This document shows, piece by piece, positions 8,584 through 18,092 of a stretch of 56,274 nucleotides of DNA. Each line of letters opens with the position of its first letter. Position 1 is the stretch's first letter. A program made the position numbers and the translations under genes. Below the pieces are notes generated by a model that saw nothing but the letters and a program-made list of their open reading frames with translations, was not told the origin of the DNA and did not search any database. The DNA comes from Candidatus Dojkabacteria bacterium. Lineage in GTDB: Bacteria > Patescibacteriota > Dojkabacteria > SC72. The stretch covers positions 1-56,274 of the forward strand of contig DATERJ010000020.1 of the NCBI GenBank assembly GCA_035271645.1. The letters are read 5' to 3'.

Positions 8584-9771
8584 CTACTCCTCCTTTGGAC
8601 TTTCATCTTCTGCATCTGTTTTTTCTTCTGCTACTTTTTCTTCAACAACTTCCTCCTTGACTTCCTCAACTGGAACCTCTTCCTCCTTCTCTTCTACTTG
8701 CTCCTCACTCTCTTTTTCCTCCTCAATTGCATCTGGATCTGCAGGAACAATATCAATCTTGTACCCTGTCAACTTCCACGCCAATCTAACATTCTGTCCC
8801 TCTCTTCCAATTGCTAATGAAAGCTGGTCATTAGGTACTGTTACTGTCGCAGTATCTTCCTCAACCTTTACATCATCTATCTTTGCTGGGCTTAATGAGT
8901 TTGCAATGAACTTCTCTGGATCCTCATCCCACTCAATGATATCAATCTTCTCCTCACCTAATTCATTCATTACATTTGCAATCCTAATACCTCTCTGCCC
9001 TACACATGAACCAATTGGATCAACCCCATCTTGATGTGAAGTAACTGCCATCTTACTCCTAGAGCCTGCCTCTCTTGCAACAGCTTTAACCTCCAAAACA
9101 CCAGACTCTATCTCTGGAACTTCCAGTTTAAACAAACCAACCAAGAAGTCAGAATCTGCTCTAGACACAATCATCTGTGAATCAACAATATCTTTTAGCA
9201 AAACTTTGTATCTTTCACCTAATCTATAAAACTCATTAGATATCTGCTCCTCCTGTGGCATTGTTGCAGTTGCCTTACCTATCTCGAAAATAACTTCACC
9301 TCTCTGCATTCTCTGCATGAGAGCTGTAAATATCTCTCCAACCTTATCACTATACTCACTAATGATAGCCTCTTTTTCGGACTCTCGGATTTTCTGTAAA
9401 ATAACTTGCTTTGCTGTCTGTGCAGCAATCCTGCCAAAATCCTCTGAAGGCATCTCTATTTGAATAATGTCACCAACCTCTACATTAGGAGAAATCATCT
9501 CAGCTTCAGAAAGAGAAATCTCTTTCTCAACATCCTTGGCCTTCTTCACAACCTCCTTAGAAGCAATGAGCTTAAACTCACCAGTCTCCCTATTTAACTC
9601 TACAGACCAGTTTGGTTGCTTCTCTTCCTCTGGAACATCTAACCCAAACTTTTCCTTTTTGTATGCAACAAGAATAGCTTCTTCTAAAGCTTGGAAGATT
9701 TCTTCTTTATCTATCCCCCTTTCCGCGGAAATTTGATTTATTGCAGTAATAAATTCTGATGTCATTGACAT
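8584..9771 (-). CDS. nusA: Transcription termination/antitermination factor NusA
   Basis: 395 aa. NusA N-domain, S1 and two KH domains (GREGQNVRLAWKLTGYKIDI), an acidic C-terminal tail, and nusA-infB synteny. Confidence 0.9.
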   Translation of the reverse strand: MSMTSEFITAINQISAERGIDKEEIFQALEEAILVAYKKEKFGLDVPEEEKQPNWSVELNRETGEFKLIASKEVVKKAKDVEKEISLSEAEMISPNVEVGDIIQIEMPSEDFGRIAAQTAKQVILQKIRESEKEAIISEYSDKVGEIFTALMQRMQRGEVIFEIGKATATMPQEEQISNEFYRLGERYKVLLKDIVDSQMIVSRADSDFLVGLFKLEVPEIESGVLEVKAVAREAGSRSKMAVTSHQDGVDPIGSCVGQRGIRIANVMNELGEEKIDIIEWDEDPEKFIANSLSPAKIDDVKVEEDTATVTVPNDQLSLAIGREGQNVRLAWKLTGYKIDIVPADPDAIEEEKESEEQVEEKEEEVPVEEVKEEVVEEKVAEEKTDAEDESPKEE

Positions 9772-9824
9772 ATATGTATATATTACAAAGATTATCTAAT
9801 TATATTCTACTAAAAAGTACTTCT

Positions 9825-9856
9825 AAAAAAAAGGTGAAGTTTTACCCTCACCCTTT
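9825..9856 (-). terminator. Intrinsic-terminator-like hairpin plus U-tract in the nusA leader
   Basis: The minus strand reads aaagggtga-gggtaaaact-tcacctttt followed by more T. That is a 9-bp stem including one G.U pair and a T8 run (plus-strand A-run 9825-9832). It lies about 55 nt upstream of the nusA ATG. Confidence 0.5.
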
Positions 9857-9879
9857 CCTTTGTATTACTTTCCGGTTTC

Positions 9880-9908
9880 AGTATAGCACAGGGGGAAAGG
9901 GATTGCAA
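9880..9908 (-). promoter_or_regulatory. Candidate promoter upstream of the nusA leader hairpin
   Basis: The minus strand reads TTGCAA (9908-9903), a 17-nt spacer, then TATACT (9885-9880). Confidence 0.4.
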
Positions 9909-10009
9909 ATTTTATGGTTACCTTCTGTGTTTTACCTTACGCAGTAAGGACTATAAGCAAAAAACTTGAATATTTTAATATACTACAAGACAGGTTAATG
10001 AAAAAGCAA

Positions 10010-11098
10010 CTAACCTTTTAACTCCTCCCAAAGCTCCCTCTCTTGCCTACTTAACTTCGTTGGAATCTCAATATTAACTCTTACATAATGGTCTCCCCTA
10101 TCCTTAGGTGAATTAAACAAAGGTACACCCTTTCCTTTCAATTTGAAAATCGTACCAGGTTGAGTGCCCTTTGGAATCTTTAACTTAACATCTTCAAATA
10201 TTGTTTCAACATTAACAACATCACCCAAAACTGCAGTATATACCGAAATATCTATCTCCGAATATATATTGTTCCCCCTCCTTTCAAACTTCGGTGATGA
10301 ATCAACCCCTATCTCAACATACAAATCACCAACTACACCACCATTCCTTCCAGCATTTCCACCACCACCAAATCTCAAAACCATACCATCATACGCACCT
10401 GCTGGTATCTTAATAGTTATCTCCTCCTCAACATCTTTAACTCCACTACCATGACACTCTTCACATGGATCATCAATTACAGAACCCATACCACCACATT
10501 CCTGACATACACCCATAACTGCTACCTGTCCAAATATCGTATTTCTAACTTGCTGACTCTGCCCACTCCCCTTACACACAGAACACTCTTTCTTTTTTCC
10601 AGACTTACTTCCACTACCACCACACTTCTCACACCTATCCTCCCTCCTTACCTTAACATTAAAATCTCCTCCCTTCATTGCCTCATCAAAACTCAATCTA
10701 ATCCTGTATCTAATATCAGACCCAGAATTATCAACACCTCTACTCCCACCACCAAAATCAAAGCCAAAACCACCACCCATATTCCCACCAAAGAAAGTAC
10801 TAAAGATATCGCCCATATCAAACGGAGCACCACCACCAAAATCAGCATAACCACTACCACCACCAGGATTAAACCCTGCTGTCCCTGCATGTCCAAATTG
10901 ATCATACGCTGACCTCTTGGAATCATCAGAAAGAACCTCATATGCCTCCTGCACCTCCTTAAATTTGTCTTCAGCATCAGCCTCCTTGTTTACATCAGGA
11001 TGATATTTCTTAACAAGTTTTCTGTATGCTTTTTTAATTTCAGAAGCAGATGCCTTTTTATCCACTCCCAAAACTTCATAGTAATCTCGTTTTTCCAT
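10010..11098 (-). CDS. dnaJ: Molecular chaperone DnaJ
   Basis: J domain with YHPD, a G/F-rich linker, four CxxCxGxG zinc-finger motifs and a C-terminal substrate-binding domain. Confidence 0.95.
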   Translation of the reverse strand: MEKRDYYEVLGVDKKASASEIKKAYRKLVKKYHPDVNKEADAEDKFKEVQEAYEVLSDDSKRSAYDQFGHAGTAGFNPGGGSGYADFGGGAPFDMGDIFSTFFGGNMGGGFGFDFGGGSRGVDNSGSDIRYRIRLSFDEAMKGGDFNVKVRREDRCEKCGGSGSKSGKKKECSVCKGSGQSQQVRNTIFGQVAVMGVCQECGGMGSVIDDPCEECHGSGVKDVEEEITIKIPAGAYDGMVLRFGGGGNAGRNGGVVGDLYVEIGVDSSPKFERRGNNIYSEIDISVYTAVLGDVVNVETIFEDVKLKIPKGTQPGTIFKLKGKGVPLFNSPKDRGDHYVRVNIEIPTKLSRQERELWEELKG

Positions 11099-11193
11099 AA
11101 CAAAGAAATTTTAGCAGAGTTTAAGAGTAATTGCTAGACCCATTATTAATGATATGGGTTTGATGTCCCTACAAAATCTGATATATTTAATAT

Positions 11194-11982
11194 ATGGAAA
11201 ATCCATGGAATGTCGAAGCTGAAAATACAAAAAAGGTGAAAAATACCAGAATTGTCATATCTGTAGTTCTGGCTTTTGCAGGGTTAGCAATAATTGCTAG
11301 CCAAGTTGTCCCACTTATCATCTCGTATGTAGATGGTGCAATTATGCAAAAAAGGGGCGAGATAAAAGTAGAACCTGTACCAGAATCATATAAAAAATAT
11401 ATCGAAGATGAGTTCGCATACTATGATCCAGGTAGTAGTTACTTTGCAAACCTCGCAAAACATCTAGGTGTTCTTGGCACTTCAACATATGCGGCAGAGA
11501 CAAAAACACAACAGCCAATTAAGATAGACTCCTCGTATGATAAAAATATGTATATTACTATTGATAGCGTCGGCATTAAGAATATTAAAATAACACCAAA
11601 CGTAGAGAGTGTAAATGAAAGTGTATATAACAAATTTCTTAAATCCGGAGTTGCCCACTTCAAAGGTACTCCTCTACCAGGCGATGGAGGTAATTCTTTC
11701 ATATACGGACATAGTGCAGTTGAAGCATTCTTCAGAAGACACAAGGACTATCCTGAAACAATCTTCTCTCGCCTAGATGGAATAGATGTTGGACAAAAGA
11801 TTCAAATACAGAAAGATGGAGAAAATCTAGAATATATTGTTAGGAACAAAAAGATTGTAGAACCAACAGACTTTACTGTCCTACAACCAATCCATGATAA
11901 AGAGAATGTTACACTAATGACATGTTGGCCACTAGGAATTGGAACTAAGAGGTTAATAGTGGTCGCAGAGAGAAGAATTTAA
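11194..11982 (+). CDS. Sortase-family transpeptidase
   Basis: 262 aa with an N-terminal TM helix. Catalytic His (FIYGHS), the TLMTC Cys motif and a downstream Arg (VVAERR). Confidence 0.85.
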   Translation: MENPWNVEAENTKKVKNTRIVISVVLAFAGLAIIASQVVPLIISYVDGAIMQKRGEIKVEPVPESYKKYIEDEFAYYDPGSSYFANLAKHLGVLGTSTYAAETKTQQPIKIDSSYDKNMYITIDSVGIKNIKITPNVESVNESVYNKFLKSGVAHFKGTPLPGDGGNSFIYGHSAVEAFFRRHKDYPETIFSRLDGIDVGQKIQIQKDGENLEYIVRNKKIVEPTDFTVLQPIHDKENVTLMTCWPLGIGTKRLIVVAERRI

Positions 11983-11999
11983 TATTTCATGTAAGAAAA

Positions 12000-13433
12000 A
12001 TGGCAAATCTTTTTAATAATATTGCACAACCTAATACTACAATATCCACAGCTGAGCCTATGAAAAAGAAACTTCCATTACCCATAATTATATTAGGTGG
12101 AGTAGCAATTCTCTTAATTGTTCTAATAATCGTACTTTTTGTCATAAATGCAAACAAAAAGAAAACACAGAATCCCTCTACTGGAACACCTAGTCAAACA
12201 GGAACATCCGCTCCCACCGGAAATGTGACACTTACATACTGGGGATTATGGGAATCAGAAGAAGTTATGGCAGAAACAATAAAGAAATTTGAAGAACAAA
12301 ATCCTGGTGTTAAGATACAATACTCACAACAAAGATTCTCAAACTATGAATCTAAAACCTACACCAGATTACAACAATCAACAGCATCATCTGAACCAGC
12401 ACCTGATATATTAAGAATTCATAACACATGGACTCCTAAATACGCCAAGTATTTAACTCCATTACCTGCTAACATTATGTCAGGAGAAGAATATGCAGAA
12501 ACCTTCTATCCAACAGTACTTGATGACTTTACTGGGAAAGATGGCAAGCTCTATGCAATTCCATGGTCTATTGATGGCCTTATGGTCTTTTACAACAAGC
12601 AACTTCTAAAGAAAGAAGGTGTCAATGAACCACCCGCAGATTGGGATTCTTTCATAGAATTGGCAAACGATTTAACAAAGAGGGATGACTCTGGAAAGAT
12701 TGAACAATCCGGCCTAGCAATGGGAACTGCAAAAAATGTAAAACATGCAGCAGAGATTCTTTCTTTCTTACTCTTACAAAACAATGTTAATATTATTGAT
12801 GAGACTAGAACTACTGTCTCCTTGAATAATGCTAGAGCTATAAGTGTATTTGAAATGTATACCAATTTTGCAAAAGGTGAAAATGCCATATGGTCCTCTT
12901 CTCTAAGAACTGATTTAGAAATGTTCTACTCCGGTAAATTAGCGATGATGATTGCACCTAGTTGGAGAGCTTTTGACATTATCAATGCAAATGCTTCAAT
13001 TGAATTTGGAACTGCTCCACTACCACAGTTAATAGCGAATGAAAATGAGCTTTACTACTCAACATACTGGGGTGATGCTGTTAGTAAAGACTGCAAATAT
13101 CCTGAGATTGCATGGACATTTGTAAAATTCCTCTCCGAAAGAGAACAACAGTTAGCACTATTCTCAAGTGCAGTAACAAATGGACATAGAGCCTTTGGTG
13201 AACCATACTCACTTGTAGAATTAAACAAAGAGATGGAAGAAATCCCATACATTGCACCACTTGCACGATCTGCACCATATATGAAGTCATGGCAGATGGG
13301 AGATGAGTCTACTGTTAAGGGATATATGAACGAAGCAGTAACAGCTATTGTAGAAAATAACACGAATGTTGAAACCGCATTAAAGAAGGCAGAAAAGAAT
13401 ATTAATGAACAACTTGCAAAGATGAATAAATAA
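12000..13433 (+). CDS. ABC-transporter extracellular solute-binding protein (family 1, sugar-type), TM-anchored
   Basis: 477 aa with an N-terminal TM helix, a Ser/Thr/Pro linker and a family-1 SBP-like body (LTYWGLWE..., YAIPWSIDGLMVFYNK). There is no lipobox Cys and no adjacent permease or ATPase. Confidence 0.7.
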   Translation: MANLFNNIAQPNTTISTAEPMKKKLPLPIIILGGVAILLIVLIIVLFVINANKKKTQNPSTGTPSQTGTSAPTGNVTLTYWGLWESEEVMAETIKKFEEQNPGVKIQYSQQRFSNYESKTYTRLQQSTASSEPAPDILRIHNTWTPKYAKYLTPLPANIMSGEEYAETFYPTVLDDFTGKDGKLYAIPWSIDGLMVFYNKQLLKKEGVNEPPADWDSFIELANDLTKRDDSGKIEQSGLAMGTAKNVKHAAEILSFLLLQNNVNIIDETRTTVSLNNARAISVFEMYTNFAKGENAIWSSSLRTDLEMFYSGKLAMMIAPSWRAFDIINANASIEFGTAPLPQLIANENELYYSTYWGDAVSKDCKYPEIAWTFVKFLSEREQQLALFSSAVTNGHRAFGEPYSLVELNKEMEEIPYIAPLARSAPYMKSWQMGDESTVKGYMNEAVTAIVENNTNVETALKKAEKNINEQLAKMNK

Positions 13434-13452
13434 ACAGTATTATAATACAACA

Positions 13453-15828
13453 ATGCCCAAAAAATTAAGAAATAAAAAATCTAGTCAAACATCAGTTATC
13501 ATTGCAAGTCTCCTGCTTCTGTTGTCTCTTCCACTATTAGTTTACGGACTATTCCAAAAATCTTTTGATATTAGAAACAGGGCATATGACATGTTAGAAC
13601 TAAGTGAGAAGAATCCATGTCTCATCTCGTTTCCAAATGTAAACCCATACTCCTTAGAAGTTGGAAAAGCTATAAGAGTACAGGTTGATGCAAAGTTTAG
13701 CAATTCTGGAATTAGAAAGCTAGAAATATCTGACCCTACTGGTAAAAGTATATATGTTGAAGAGTTCGATGATTCACCATTACAAATTGGCACCAGTTTT
13801 GTCTTCACTCCAGAAAAGTCTGGAAATGTTGAGATGCTTGGGATGATAGAGAAGACAGATGGGAAAAGTGCTGGTTGTAAGATAAGTAGCCCGTATGACA
13901 TTAAAGGATTGAAAGCAGTAGCTAGTAATAGCTCTCCAGAATTTACAACCTCTCCTAGCCAATCAAAACCATCACAGGATATAAAGACGGGAACACAGTA
14001 TGAGTATCAACTCTCAGCACTAGACACAGATGGAGATAGGATTAACTACTCTTACTCCTTTACTCCACGAGCTGACTGGTTAAAGCCCGTTATCATTGAA
14101 GATGGTTCTAATGGAAAACTTACAATCACATTCAGAGGATATACTGAGAAACCTGCTAGCTATTTAGCCAATGTAATTATCCATGATGGATACAGTAAAC
14201 ATGTGAGGTCTCAATCTTGGGTTATTAGTGTAGAACAAGCAGAGAATGATATCCCAAAGGTAAAGATTGTAAGACCTGAAGATGCACTCAGAATTGACGC
14301 AGGAAGTAAGTTTGACAGCTCATGGGAAGTATCGGATTTAAATCATATCACCTCTTTTGAGCTCTTTATGACAAAGAATGTTGCAGATGAGACAACTTGG
14401 GAGAAGGTTAGTGAGAAATTGGAATACAATGTGTTAGGTTCTCCGGTATCTACAAATAATTTAGATTCTGGGACATACAAACTTGTTGTTAGAGCAACTG
14501 ATAACCAAACCCCTCCTAAATCTGGTTTTGGTGTATCTCCAGAGATTGTAATTTCAAAGGCTTCTGACAAGACACCTGAGAGTGATGATGTAGTAATTTT
14601 AGGAGAACCTCAGGTTATCAATATGTCTCCTTCCACAGAAGATGTTGTTGCTAACCCCAGAGTTACAATTAAAGGGACATTAATTGCAAGTGAGAATGCA
14701 GAAATTAAAGAAAGTACCATTGTATTTAAGGTAGATGACAAAGATGTAACAGGCAAGATGAAGATTAACAAGATTTCTAATAATGAATATACGTTAATAT
14801 ATCAACCAACAGAAGATTTGGTAGATGGTACACATAAAGGAGAAATTTCTTTTGAGGATACAAAGGGAAAGAAAGCAGAGAAATCATGGGACTTTACTGT
14901 TAACTCAGCTGCTGATACTAGTGGTACATATAATATTTTTGGTTGGGAGGTAAGCAAACGTACTGTTTTCATCATAGGGGTTGGTATTCTTCTCATCGTA
15001 GTAGCTATCTGTATACCCCTCCTCATTGCAGCGATTTGGGGGAAAGGAAAGAAAGAGAAAGATACTACATATGCGACTAGGAATACTCCTCTAAGTACAG
15101 AATATACTGAGGAGGTATATACTCCACCAGTTGTAAATACAGAGGTGAGAGAGCTTGTGGAAGCAGATGCTACTCCACCAGATACTCCTCCTATTAAGGA
15201 GAAAGAAATCTATTCAAGTGTCTCTAATATTGATATGGAAGAAACAGACACTAAGGTTGAGAAACCAATGGTTGAAACAAAAGTTAAGGTTGATTTACCT
15301 GATGTTAAGATAGAGCCGAAGATAGAAGAACCTACATTCTCACCAAATGTACAAACTACTGAACCAAGAGTTGCAGAACCACAGTCAGCTTTCGATGTTA
15401 AAGTTGAACCGAAGACTGAAGAACTTAAATCCGCTTTCGATGTTAAAGTTGAACCGAAGACTGAAGAACCTAAATCCGCTTTTGATGTTAAAATTGAACC
15501 GAAGACTGAAGAACCCAAATCCGCTTTTGATGTTACCCCCCAACCTACACAGCCAGAAGCAGTAACAGAACCAACTACTATACAGCAAGAACCTATTGTT
15601 GCTGATACATCTACAACTCCTGTAGAAGAGACTCCTGTTACAAATTTAGAACCCACAACTACCTTTGAGACAACAACCACAACACAAGAAACACCTATCA
15701 CAGAACCCATGGGGATAGATACTTCTTCAGAAGAAATACCCGAGCCTGAAGTACCAGATCCATCTGCTTTCCTCAAAATTGCACAACAGATAGAAGAACA
15801 GACAAAAGAAGATAGTACTAATACATAG
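13453..15828 (+). CDS. Large type-I membrane surface protein with Ig-like (cadherin-like, putative-Ig-type) domains and a repetitive P/T/E-rich tail
   Basis: 791 aa with an N-terminal signal or anchor. The motif YEYQLSALDTDGDRINYSYSF...WL resembles the putative Ig domain. A second TM helix (FIIGVGILLIVVAICIPLLIAAIW) is followed by KGKKEKD, then a low-complexity tail with 15-aa repeats. Confidence 0.6.
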   Translation: MPKKLRNKKSSQTSVIIASLLLLLSLPLLVYGLFQKSFDIRNRAYDMLELSEKNPCLISFPNVNPYSLEVGKAIRVQVDAKFSNSGIRKLEISDPTGKSIYVEEFDDSPLQIGTSFVFTPEKSGNVEMLGMIEKTDGKSAGCKISSPYDIKGLKAVASNSSPEFTTSPSQSKPSQDIKTGTQYEYQLSALDTDGDRINYSYSFTPRADWLKPVIIEDGSNGKLTITFRGYTEKPASYLANVIIHDGYSKHVRSQSWVISVEQAENDIPKVKIVRPEDALRIDAGSKFDSSWEVSDLNHITSFELFMTKNVADETTWEKVSEKLEYNVLGSPVSTNNLDSGTYKLVVRATDNQTPPKSGFGVSPEIVISKASDKTPESDDVVILGEPQVINMSPSTEDVVANPRVTIKGTLIASENAEIKESTIVFKVDDKDVTGKMKINKISNNEYTLIYQPTEDLVDGTHKGEISFEDTKGKKAEKSWDFTVNSAADTSGTYNIFGWEVSKRTVFIIGVGILLIVVAICIPLLIAAIWGKGKKEKDTTYATRNTPLSTEYTEEVYTPPVVNTEVRELVEADATPPDTPPIKEKEIYSSVSNIDMEETDTKVEKPMVETKVKVDLPDVKIEPKIEEPTFSPNVQTTEPRVAEPQSAFDVKVEPKTEELKSAFDVKVEPKTEEPKSAFDVKIEPKTEEPKSAFDVTPQPTQPEAVTEPTTIQQEPIVADTSTTPVEETPVTNLEPTTTFETTTTTQETPITEPMGIDTSSEEIPEPEVPDPSAFLKIAQQIEEQTKEDSTNT
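15385..15537 (+). repeat. In-frame 45-nt tandem repeat, 3 full copies plus a partial one, encoding SAFDVK(V/I)EPKTEE(L/P)K
   Basis: Read directly. Units are 15385-15429, 15430-15474 and 15475-15519, plus a partial fourth. They are near-identical at the nucleotide level. Confidence 0.9.
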
Positions 15829-15850
15829 AAATTGGTATAATCACCATACA

Positions 15851-17638
15851 ATGAAAAATCTTTCATATAACCAAATATGGCAAAAATATATAGAATTCTT
15901 TGAAAAGCATGGACACCAAGCTATTCCAAGCTCTCCACTCGTCCCAGAAAATGACCCATCCGTGCTTTTTGTTAATGCTGGTATGTTCCCTTTAGTACCT
16001 TTCCTCAATGGCCAAGAACACCCCAAAGGAAACAGATTAGTGAATATACAGAGGTGTATTAGAACTGGAGATATAGATGAGGTTGGAGATGCTTTCCATT
16101 GTACTGCTTTCATAATGTTAGGGAACTGGTCATTAAACGATTACTTCAAAAAAGAAGCAATTGAGATGACTGTTGAATTCTTTGTAGAAGAATTAGGACT
16201 AGATATTAACAACATATATGCATCTGTATTTGAAGGTGATAACAATGCTCCTCAAGATACAGAATCAATAGAAGTATGGAAAGAAATATTTTCTAGATAC
16301 AATATTGATGCAAAAGTTGGTAAAGAAGAAAGAATACAACCATTTGGTAAAAAAGAAAATTGGTGGGGTTTAGAATCTGGAGGACCATGTGGACCAGACT
16401 CTGAAATCTTCTATAACACCGGTACAGAGAAATGTGGAGATGAATGTAATGTTAGTTGCAACTGTGGAAAATATGTTGAGATAGGTAACAATGTTTTCAT
16501 GCAATATCTCAAAACAGGAGAACAAATCCTGCCACTTGGAAGACACAATGTGGATTTTGGTGGTGGACTTGAAAGATTAACCGGTCTACTACAATCCGTA
16601 GATTCTGTGTACGAGATAGATACATACAGACCAATAACGGAGAAGGTAAGGGAATTGTCTAAAGTTGAGAATATAGAATCACAAAGAGTCATTGTTGACC
16701 ACCTAAAAGCAGCAACATGGATAGTCATGGATGGTGTTGAACCTTCTAGAAGCCAACAGGGATATATATTAAGAAGATTAATCAGAAGAGCAATTAGACA
16801 TGGAAAGAAATTGGGTATAGAGAAACCGTTTACAAGAGAAGTAGCAGAGATTGCAATAGAACAATTCAAAGATACATGGGAAGAGCTCGCTACACAGAAA
16901 GAACATATACTTAATATAATAGAAGAGGAAGAGATAAAATTTGGTAAAACATTAAATTCTGGTTTGAGGGTTCTAGAGAAAATGTTAAAGAAAAACAGCC
17001 AGGTCACAGGTAAAGATGCTTTCCTACTCTACGAAACATATGGACTACCATTAGAATTAACAGAGGAAATATTAAAGGAGAAAGAAATTGGGATAGAAAA
17101 CAGAGAGGGTTTTAAGAAAGCAGAGGAAGAACACCAAGAAAAATCAAGAACAGCATCTAAAGGACTCTTCAAAGGAGGATTAGCTGATACATCCGAGATG
17201 TCTACAAAATATCACACAGCATCACACCTACTCCTTGCTGCCTTAAGGAAGGTTTTAGGCAACCATGTATATCAAAAAGGCAGCAACATTACACCAGAGA
17301 GATTAAGAATGGACTATCCTAATGATGCACACCTAACAGATGAACAAGTAAAAGAAGTTGAAGATATGGTCAATGAGCAAATTAAAAAAGGATTAACTGT
17401 AGGAAAGAAAGAAATGCCCAAAGAAGAAGCTCTTAAGGTTGTTCCCTTCGCAGCGTTCTCAGAAAGATATCCTGATATTGTAAACGTATATTACATAGGG
17501 CCTGAAGAGAATCCATTCTCTATTGAAATCTGTAACGGTCCACATGTTGAGAATATTAAAGACCTAGGAATTTTTAAAATATCCAAACAGGAGAATGTTG
17601 GAGCAGGAGTTAAAAGGATAAAAGCAGTATTAGAATAA
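15851..17638 (+). CDS. alaS: Alanine--tRNA ligase, short form
   Basis: 595 aa. Class II AlaRS N-terminus (FFEKHGH...PSSPLVP.NDPSVLF.NAGM) and the editing-domain motifs HTASH (HxxxH) and CNGPH (CxxxH). It has no long C-terminal C-Ala region. Confidence 0.9.
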   Translation: MKNLSYNQIWQKYIEFFEKHGHQAIPSSPLVPENDPSVLFVNAGMFPLVPFLNGQEHPKGNRLVNIQRCIRTGDIDEVGDAFHCTAFIMLGNWSLNDYFKKEAIEMTVEFFVEELGLDINNIYASVFEGDNNAPQDTESIEVWKEIFSRYNIDAKVGKEERIQPFGKKENWWGLESGGPCGPDSEIFYNTGTEKCGDECNVSCNCGKYVEIGNNVFMQYLKTGEQILPLGRHNVDFGGGLERLTGLLQSVDSVYEIDTYRPITEKVRELSKVENIESQRVIVDHLKAATWIVMDGVEPSRSQQGYILRRLIRRAIRHGKKLGIEKPFTREVAEIAIEQFKDTWEELATQKEHILNIIEEEEIKFGKTLNSGLRVLEKMLKKNSQVTGKDAFLLYETYGLPLELTEEILKEKEIGIENREGFKKAEEEHQEKSRTASKGLFKGGLADTSEMSTKYHTASHLLLAALRKVLGNHVYQKGSNITPERLRMDYPNDAHLTDEQVKEVEDMVNEQIKKGLTVGKKEMPKEEALKVVPFAAFSERYPDIVNVYYIGPEENPFSIEICNGPHVENIKDLGIFKISKQENVGAGVKRIKAVLE

Positions 17639-17639
17639 T

Positions 17640-18092
17640 ATGAAAGTAGAACACCCTATCCTAGCAATAGACTATGGAGACAAACATTTTGGATTAGCAA
17701 TTTCAGATTCGAAAGGAATAATTGCTTCGCCATTGGAAGTGCTTACAATTACCAAAAAGAAAAACAGAGATATTATCATCGAAGAAATACTAGAGATTGC
17801 GAAAGAATACAAGGTAAGAAGCCTGTTAGTTGGAATGCCACAACCTTTCACAGAAACACAACAGAAAACAAGTAGAAAAGTAGAGAAGTTCATTGAATCC
17901 CTATCTCAAAGAACTAATCTCCCTATCCTCACCTACGATGAAAGTTTCTCTACAACTCATGCTCAAAATATGCTAACATCTTCAGGACAAAGTACGCAGA
18001 GTTCTAGAAAAAAGATAGACAAAGTTGCAGCAACAGTCTTTCTACAAGAATTTTTAAATTCAATTGCAAAAGAGAATGAAAAAGATTTTTAA
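17640..18092 (+). CDS. ruvX: YqgF/RuvX-family putative pre-16S rRNA nuclease
   Basis: 150 aa. ILAIDYGDKHFGLAISD at the N-terminus, and the conserved alaS-ruvX-mltG gene order. Confidence 0.85.
   Translation: MKVEHPILAIDYGDKHFGLAISDSKGIIASPLEVLTITKKKNRDIIIEEILEIAKEYKVRSLLVGMPQPFTETQQKTSRKVEKFIESLSQRTNLPILTYDESFSTTHAQNMLTSSGQSTQSSRKKIDKVAATVFLQEFLNSIAKENEKDF

Noticed and set aside
9935-9949. CCTTAC-GCA-GTAAGG hairpin as the dnaJ terminator.
   Set aside because: The stem is only 6 bp with a 3-nt loop, and no T-tract follows on either strand. This is too weak to call.
9772-10009. tRNA or other structured RNA gene in the unusually long dnaJ-nusA spacer and in other gaps (193-446, 5056-5153, 32621-32756).
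   Set aside because: I found no cloverleaf-compatible arms and no T-loop GTTCRANYC motif on either strand. The only convincing structure is the terminator-like hairpin reported above.
15385-15537. CRISPR-like array suggested by the regular 45-nt (15385-15537) and 30-nt (51051-51118) repeats.
   Set aside because: The repeats are directly abutting with no spacers. They are in frame inside long ORFs and encode peptide repeats. No cas genes are present.
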